A DNA stretch of 64,000 bases from contig CP147778.1 of the NCBI GenBank assembly GCA_037305845.1, positions 832,001 to 896,000 on the forward strand, written 5' to 3'. The DNA comes from Candidatus Freyarchaeum deiterrae. GTDB lineage: Archaea > Asgardarchaeota > Jordiarchaeia > Jordiarchaeales > Jordiarchaeaceae. The notes under the pieces were generated by a model. That model was not told where the DNA came from and ran no database searches. It saw only the letters and a list, made by a program, of their open reading frames with translations. Below are positions 58,431 through 64,000 of this stretch, piece by piece. The position numbers and the translations under genes are program-made. Every line of letters starts with the position of its first letter. Position 1 is the stretch's first letter.

Positions 58431-60302
58431 TTATTCGCCCCATAGATCCTTAGCCACATCGGGCAAACCAAGCAGTATCAATCTATCCTTCTCTGGAATA
58501 GCGTCCTCAGTCCATCCACGAAAAGCATAGTACTGTTCCATCATCTCTTTCATCGGCGGAACTTTGCCCTTCTGACTGCCCTCTTTGGTGGGCGTCAAAA
58601 GCCTTGGCGGAAGCTTATTGTCTTTATCACGCATTCCTACACGTACGTTATAGGCCCACTTAAGATTGTACAATTTATCTGCAGTAATGTTCAAGTAGAG
58701 CTCGTCAGTCGCCCAACCGCAACAATTCTTAAAGGCTTCAATAAAAGTCGTTATTCCAAAGGGCATAGCTCCGAAAAAGCATAGTACTGATGATCCTAGT
58801 AATGCGAATAGGTCTTGTACTATTGCGGTGATTTCGCCCTTTCTTGCGGGGTCGAATCTTCCTGTTCTTTTCAGCAATCCTGCGGAGGCGTTTAGTATTC
58901 CCATGTCTGATATGCAGGCGTATCCGGTTACGTGGCATGCTCCTCTGTGTGAGGTGGCGTATTCTACTCCCATTGAGTAGAATGCTCGGGGGTCGTGTCC
59001 GGGGGCTTCGAGTCCTTTGACTGTTGTGAGGAATTCGTGTCCTTTACCCAGTTTGTCAGCTGCTGCTTGTGAGCCGTCACCTAGGAGTACTCCTGCTTTT
59101 CCTTCTCTCTTGACTATCTTCTCTGTTATCTCAAGCATTGCTTCAGCGTCTCCCCATTTTAGGGCTATTCCGTCGAGGTCATTCTTTTTTATTATTCCCT
59201 TCTCGAGTGCTTCAGTCGCCCAGGCGATTGTTGACCCTGTGGATATGGTGTCTACTCCATAGTCGTTGCAGAGCTGGTTCGCCATAGATATTGCTTTAAG
59301 GTCGTCTATGAGTAGCATGGAGCCGAATGTTACACAGGTTTCATATTCTGGTCCCGGGCCTTCGAACTCGAAGGGTTCTTTAATTTCTATCCATCTGCCG
59401 CATCTTATGGGGCAGCCGAAGCAGCCAGTTCCTCTCTTAAGTATGGTATTAGCCATTTCCCCTCCGCCAATCTTGGTTGTTCCTTCCCATTCTCCCAGTT
59501 GCCAGTTTTTGATCGGAATGTCTCCCATGGGGGCCATGGAGTCCATCATATATTCGGTTCCGTATTTTTGCATTCCTGATACTAGCATGGGTCCGACAGA
59601 GCTGGGTGACCCCTTCGGAATAATCAATTGGGTGAGTCTTTTGATTTGTTCTTTTACTGCTCCAGAGTCTGCCCACTGTATTTCTCCGGTTCCTCTCACG
59701 GCTATGGCTTTGAAGTTTTTGCTTCCCATCACTGCCCCGGAGCCGCCTCTTCCTAAGGCTCGGGCTTCATCGTTTAGAATGTTAGCTAGTTTTGATTGCT
59801 TCTCGCCGGCTGGTCCTATGCATAGGACTCTGGCTTTTTTCTCTCCGGTTTCTTCTTGGATCATTTCTTGGGTTTTGAAGGTTCCTTGTCCCCATATGCC
59901 AGAGGCGTCTCTGAGTTCTTTTTGAGCGTCTTTTATCCAGAGGTATACTGGTTTGTCGGATTTTCCTTCGATGATTATTCCGTCGTATCCTGCTCTTTTC
60001 ATTTCTATAGCGAAGTAGCCGCCGGAGCTTGCTTCTCCGTAGCCGTGCGAGATTGGTGATTTGAATACTACGGTGAATCTTGAGCTGCAGGGTAAGCCGC
60101 CTGAAAGTGGTCCTGTGAAGAAGTAGAGTTTGTTTCTCTCGTCGAGTTCATCAATGTCTGGGGGGACTTCGTCGTAGAGTAGTCGGGCTCCGAATCCGCT
60201 TCCTCCGAGCCAGTTTTTCGCCCATTGCTCATCTAATGGTACTTCTTTTATTGTTCCCTCTGAGAGGTTTACTCTTAGGTATTTACCCATCCATCCGAAC
60301 AT
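58431..60302 (-). CDS. aor: Aldehyde:ferredoxin oxidoreductase (tungsten AOR family)
   Basis: GRGGSGAVMGSK, CFGCPIRC, EYET, DTISTG, VKGLE.PGHDPR, RGACH. Confidence 0.9.
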   Translation of the reverse strand: MFGWMGKYLRVNLSEGTIKEVPLDEQWAKNWLGGSGFGARLLYDEVPPDIDELDERNKLYFFTGPLSGGLPCSSRFTVVFKSPISHGYGEASSGGYFAIEMKRAGYDGIIIEGKSDKPVYLWIKDAQKELRDASGIWGQGTFKTQEMIQEETGEKKARVLCIGPAGEKQSKLANILNDEARALGRGGSGAVMGSKNFKAIAVRGTGEIQWADSGAVKEQIKRLTQLIIPKGSPSSVGPMLVSGMQKYGTEYMMDSMAPMGDIPIKNWQLGEWEGTTKIGGGEMANTILKRGTGCFGCPIRCGRWIEIKEPFEFEGPGPEYETCVTFGSMLLIDDLKAISMANQLCNDYGVDTISTGSTIAWATEALEKGIIKKNDLDGIALKWGDAEAMLEITEKIVKREGKAGVLLGDGSQAAADKLGKGHEFLTTVKGLEAPGHDPRAFYSMGVEYATSHRGACHVTGYACISDMGILNASAGLLKRTGRFDPARKGEITAIVQDLFALLGSSVLCFFGAMPFGITTFIEAFKNCCGWATDELYLNITADKLYNLKWAYNVRVGMRDKDNKLPPRLLTPTKEGSQKGKVPPMKEMMEQYYAFRGWTEDAIPEKDRLILLGLPDVAKDLWGE

Positions 60303-60309
60303 CTCTCTT

Positions 60310-61632
60310 TCACCTCACTTTTGTTATGTCGGGTTCCTCCACGCGTTTAAATCCTTCTTTAGGAACTGGGTCTATCTTCTTGTAGAACCTTCTTAGAACA
60401 AGTCCCGCGGGTTGCTGGTGCAGGAAGGTTGGTTTTGCTGATTCCATGGGTTCAATGTCTTTGAGCTCGTAATCCTTACTACCTAAGCCGATTTCTTGTC
60501 CTACGTTACACTGTATGTCCTCGCTTACACCCAAGAATGAACCTGAAACAGAAAACTTTGGTCTCCCTTTAGTTGCATCTTTCTCCTCGGCTACAGAACC
60601 AGGCATTGCTATTGATTTAACAGCCATGTCTAAGCAAGCTCGGTCTATAGCAACGGGATCTTTACTGGCGAAGATTCCCATGTTGGGAATGATGGCGCGG
60701 TCGGAATAAGGAATACAGTCACACCAAGGTGTGCTGTCTAATCCAAAGTTTAGGAATCCCACTTTTCCTGGCTCAAATGTGTTCATACAGGCTTTTGCCG
60801 AATCAGCCACTGCGACGCAAGTAGCTTCAAACCAGTCTATTAATTTCAAGTTCGCGAAAACTCCGCAATCCAGAGTCGTGAACATGTGACATGTGCAACC
60901 ATTGCAGAGTTCCTTAATGAATTCAATAGGCCCCTTTTCCGGAACGACCAGCGCCCCTTCAGGACAGATAGAATTACACGTCTCCCACTTCGAGCATTCC
61001 CTGCCGCCACAATAACCGGGTATGTATTCCATCGTTTGCATGCCTAGGACTGGATGAGCTCCCATGTGAAGGTTGTATTTCCCTCTCTTAGATGCACACC
61101 CCACACCAACGTTTTTAATGGCTCCACCAAAGACTCCCCATGGGTGTCCCTTGAAGTGGCTTAGGACTATCATGGAGTCAGCGCATGCTACTGCTGTTGC
61201 TACGTATTGTTCTTTGAGTATGTATCCTTCGGGTAGGTCTATTCTGACATCGTCGGTTCCTAGGAATCCGTCTCCGACTATCACTGGGCATCCTACTGTT
61301 CCGGAGTTGAATCCGTTTCTTTCAGCGGTCATGTAGAGGTCCCAGCCGTTTGTTCGGAAGCAGAAGGGTGCGTATGGTAGTGTGGTTGTTTCGACTACGA
61401 ATGGTCTCCCTCCGAGTTCTTTTACTTTGTCTACTATTGCTCTTACGTAAACTGGTCTGAGATAGCCGGTGTTGTTCCATTCTCCCAAGTGGGCTTTTAT
61501 TACTACATAGTCATCTTTGTCTATGCACTCGTTTAGTTTGGCTTCGTTGAATAGATGTAGTGCTTTTGCAACTAGGCTGGTAGAAGTTCCATAAGCTCTA
61601 TCATCCATATGCAATACTTCAGATTTTGCCAT
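60310..61632 (-). CDS. DUF362 family Fe-S protein
   Basis: KAHLGE, SHFKGH..GVFGGAIKNVGVGCAS, WCDC, ASKDPVAIDRAC. Confidence 0.85.
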   Translation of the reverse strand: MAKSEVLHMDDRAYGTSTSLVAKALHLFNEAKLNECIDKDDYVVIKAHLGEWNNTGYLRPVYVRAIVDKVKELGGRPFVVETTTLPYAPFCFRTNGWDLYMTAERNGFNSGTVGCPVIVGDGFLGTDDVRIDLPEGYILKEQYVATAVACADSMIVLSHFKGHPWGVFGGAIKNVGVGCASKRGKYNLHMGAHPVLGMQTMEYIPGYCGGRECSKWETCNSICPEGALVVPEKGPIEFIKELCNGCTCHMFTTLDCGVFANLKLIDWFEATCVAVADSAKACMNTFEPGKVGFLNFGLDSTPWCDCIPYSDRAIIPNMGIFASKDPVAIDRACLDMAVKSIAMPGSVAEEKDATKGRPKFSVSGSFLGVSEDIQCNVGQEIGLGSKDYELKDIEPMESAKPTFLHQQPAGLVLRRFYKKIDPVPKEGFKRVEEPDITKVR

Positions 61633-61842
61633 CTTTTACTCTCCCTTTCATAAATATTTTCAAAATTCGTCATTTTTTATAAATTTGTTATGTATTGACT
61701 TGATTTTTCTAATTCTTAAATTTTATTCTGCAATTGTCGTATTTTTTTGTCGGGTTGAAGATAAAAGTAGATTAGTGTTGTGTTTCCAATATTATATTAT
61801 ACTTTTTCTCAGTTTTTGAAACAGAACGATTTATTTTCGAGT

Positions 61843-62733
61843 CTACATGCACCTGTAGAGTTGGATGAGGGGTGTCACATCGTTTAGTGCCGCTTCAAGG
61901 CTTATGGAGGAGTATTGGTCTATTTGATATTGTTCATCATCATCTTTCTTTATTACGTTGTGTTTTTCTAGGAGTTCTAACGCTTCTGCTGCGCTTTCGA
62001 AAAGGTTGGAGTTTTTTGTTTGGTTTATTGTTTGATGTTGTAGTATTTGGAGTGCTGTTACTTCTAGTTTCTCTTGGCGTATTTCTTTGAGAGCTAGTAT
62101 TATGTTTTTGGGGGGTGGGGTTCCTGCTTTCCAAATGAACGTTTCTTTTCCTAGCCCTTGTAGACTGATTATTTTGTTGTCGTGAAGTTCTTTTATGAGC
62201 AGCTTGGGGTTATCGGTGAAGTTTTGGGTGAGCTTAATGATATCTTCCGTGTTTGCCGGGTTAGGGGAGTGAAGTATTGCATCGAATACTTTTCTAAGTT
62301 CGCTCCAGTCTTTGTGGTTTCCTTGGAGTAGAAAACCGCTGTATTTCAGAACCGAGATTTTTCCGTTTTTCACTATGATGGGGTTCAGTTCATTCTCGAC
62401 TTTTGTGAGAAGATCCTTGAAAACTCCATTTCCGTTTGGAGTTACTCCGGTTATCTCTGTTACCAGTTCGGGAAGTTCAGCGGGTATGTTTAGAAGCCTA
62501 GCGGCTCTGGCAGTGATTGATTCTATTCCATTTGAGAAGAAAACGTCTATGAGTTTCCTCACATGGTAGGTGGGAAGGATGGATTTTTTTTCATAGAATT
62601 TTTTTATGCACTGGTCAATGAATTTTCTTCGGAGTGTTTCCCCTATTTTTAGGGAGGGAAAAAGTGTGGTGAATGCTACCGCATCCCTGTTTGCTCGAAT
62701 GAAGCTCAGTGAACCAGATTGTTCAGGGTGCAA
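61843..62733 (-). CDS. Hypothetical protein (possible C-terminal winged helix), operonic with the nurA-like gene
   Basis: 296-aa ORF with TTG start after GGGGGT; ALELLEKHNVIKKDDDEQYQI resembles a wHTH end. Confidence 0.6.
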   Translation of the reverse strand: MHPEQSGSLSFIRANRDAVAFTTLFPSLKIGETLRRKFIDQCIKKFYEKKSILPTYHVRKLIDVFFSNGIESITARAARLLNIPAELPELVTEITGVTPNGNGVFKDLLTKVENELNPIIVKNGKISVLKYSGFLLQGNHKDWSELRKVFDAILHSPNPANTEDIIKLTQNFTDNPKLLIKELHDNKIISLQGLGKETFIWKAGTPPPKNIILALKEIRQEKLEVTALQILQHQTINQTKNSNLFESAAEALELLEKHNVIKKDDDEQYQIDQYSSISLEAALNDVTPLIQLYRCM

Positions 62734-62771
62734 AGTTAAACCCCCTTATAATTTCTTATACTCCAAATCAC

Positions 62772-63086
62772 CTCTACTCCGCAAGGAAGCCCACTAACTT
62801 TAGTTAAGGCTCGAGAAATTGCGGATTTATGGGGTGGGGCTTTCATTGTCTATAAGGTCTGGTGACCCACAAACCAGTTTAACCCCTTCGACAAGCCGAG
62901 CCGGACCTTAGCTACCCCTAGGCGCCACGTATTGAGTAGTTCTGCCGAAGGGAAGCGGGACTAGACCGCATATCCCGCCGTTCTCGTAGCCCGAGGTGGG
63001 CAATCGTTTGAAACTACAATGTCCGGTTAAGATTTGCGTTTTTACAATCATTACAAGCCCGCACGATTTGGCCGTAGGTTCTTGAT
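62772..63086 (+). mobile_element. Non-autonomous IS200/IS605-family element (IscB/IsrB-type arrangement), 315 bp, inserted in the nurA-like 3' end
   Basis: Left end: TCAC|CTCTACTCC-GCAAG-GAAG-CCC...AATTGC. Right end: CAAG-CCCGCACG...CGTAGGTTCT-TGAT|. Removal restores the reading frame of the host gene. Confidence 0.75.
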
Positions 63087-63106
63087 GTCTATCCCGTGTT
63101 TTGGTT
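62830..63106 (-). ncRNA. Putative IscB/IsrB-type omegaRNA (HEARO-like), stand-alone
   Basis: Scaffold begins AUCAAGAACCUACGG...GGGCUUG; multiple helices with minus-strand G-U pairs and three possible pseudoknots; ends approximate. Confidence 0.6.
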
Positions 63107-64000
63107 TAAATAGGCGATAAAACTTTTTTGGGGATATGTTGTTTTGTCTGGCTATTTTAACTATTTTGGCTAGTAGTTCATCTGCTAGAAAGTTGGGTAA
63201 ATCTGTTTCTATGAGGCTGAAGGCGTGAGCGAATTCCAGTGACCAGGGTATATTGTTTAGGTTATTTGCCTGGTGGTAAATGGCTGAGCATATGTATTCA
63301 AGCTGCTTCTCGCTTTCAGCCAAACTCTTGTGTATTTCTACTCTGATAGGGAGCGCGTCCTTGTGAGGTTTTATGTAGAAAAATCTCTGCTCCGCAAGAA
63401 ATCTGGAATATCTCGCCCCAAAAATATTCCTTTGTGCCAGCATTGACCACAGGCCGCTCATTTGCGGGACTGTTATGTGGAGTTCCTCCGGATTACACGG
63501 CTGGAGAATTGAATCCAGAAGATTTACATCGTTTATTCTTCCGTAAATACCGCTCAGCCAAGAGGATACGTTTCTGTAATTTGCGATAAAATCCATGGAG
63601 TGGGGAGACTTTATTACAAACGCGTGGAGCGTGTCTAAGAGTTTTTCTGCCAGTATGTCCGCGGTGCCGTTGCTTCCATAAATTTTTTCAAAAACTATTT
63701 GGTACTCCTGTTGAACCTCTCTCGCCCGATTACTGAAAGCTTTTGTGTCCGCTGGGCCGTATGGCAGGAGATCGTATTGGGGAAGAAAGGGACCGTCCAG
63801 CAAAACTAGATCGTAACTGTTACCTTCGAGTGTCCTAAGGGTGACTAGCCGCTCCAAATACTGTCGGGATACCGCCTGGATTCGCTCAACATCCTCGTCC
63901 ACTAATCCCATGACTGGTATACATTTTCCAATGACATAGGGATTCTGTGCTACCGGATTGTTGCATTTGAAGGTGATGCCCGCAGCGGAAACCACTATGA
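63051..64000 (-). CDS. NurA-family nuclease, divergent (5'-partial; C-terminus supplied by the inserted element)
   Basis: LVLLDGPFLP, FVIKS, ND..LL, PIRVEI, IPWSLEFAH match the NurA DG/K/P..L..AH pattern; the frame stays open to the window edge. Confidence 0.7.
   Translation of the reverse strand, partial: IVVSAAGITFKCNNPVAQNPYVIGKCIPVMGLVDEDVERIQAVSRQYLERLVTLRTLEGNSYDLVLLDGPFLPQYDLLPYGPADTKAFSNRAREVQQEYQIVFEKIYGSNGTADILAEKLLDTLHAFVIKSPHSMDFIANYRNVSSWLSGIYGRINDVNLLDSILQPCNPEELHITVPQMSGLWSMLAQRNIFGARYSRFLAEQRFFYIKPHKDALPIRVEIHKSLAESEKQLEYICSAIYHQANNLNNIPWSLEFAHAFSLIETDLPNFLADELLAKIVKIARQNNISPKKFYRLFKPKHGIDIKNLRPNRAGL

Noticed and set aside
62772-63086. Self-splicing group I intron / IStron interpretation (in-frame removal, terminal G)
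   Set aside because: No recognisable P/Q/R/S core motifs and the 5' exon ends in C rather than U; transposon ends plus an omegaRNA explain it better.

Overview
Chromosomal 64 kb segment of an anaerobic archaeon, most likely an Asgard archaeon. The evidence is two tandem Rab-like small GTPases, a roadblock/LC7 protein and a longin-like protein alongside a thermosome, CDC48, archaeal-type riboflavin genes, HdrCBA and tungsten AOR; any finer lineage assignment would be a guess. Most of the window is metabolic: an archaeal riboflavin operon, hdrC-hdrB-hdrA::mvhD, an MttB/corrinoid/RACo methyltransferase module, GlcD/GlcF, AOR, pgk and a sugar-acid catabolic trio. No rRNA, tRNA or CRISPR array was seen. 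The most striking signals are non-coding: two protein-free IS200/IS605-family mini-elements, each apparently carrying an OMEGA guide-RNA scaffold. The first (9232-9452, minus strand) is TnpB-type, with its own TATA box and a terminal pseudoknot. The second (62772-63086) is IscB/IsrB-type, heavily pseudoknotted, and sits inside the 3' end of a nurA-like gene; deleting it in silico restores an in-frame C-terminus. Three of the four end tetranucleotides fit the TnpA guide/cleavage pairing rule exactly and the fourth has one wobble. Other leads are a direct-repeat-bounded island of three HEAT-repeat genes plus a HEPN-like gene beside the Rab pair, an amidohydrolase that may be the missing archaeal riboflavin deaminase, an AbiE toxin-antitoxin pair bracketed by inverted gene-start duplications, and a shared 'ILLTAxTV..QxQNQN' leader on two unrelated exported proteins. 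All functional calls come from reading motifs by eye; no searches were run.
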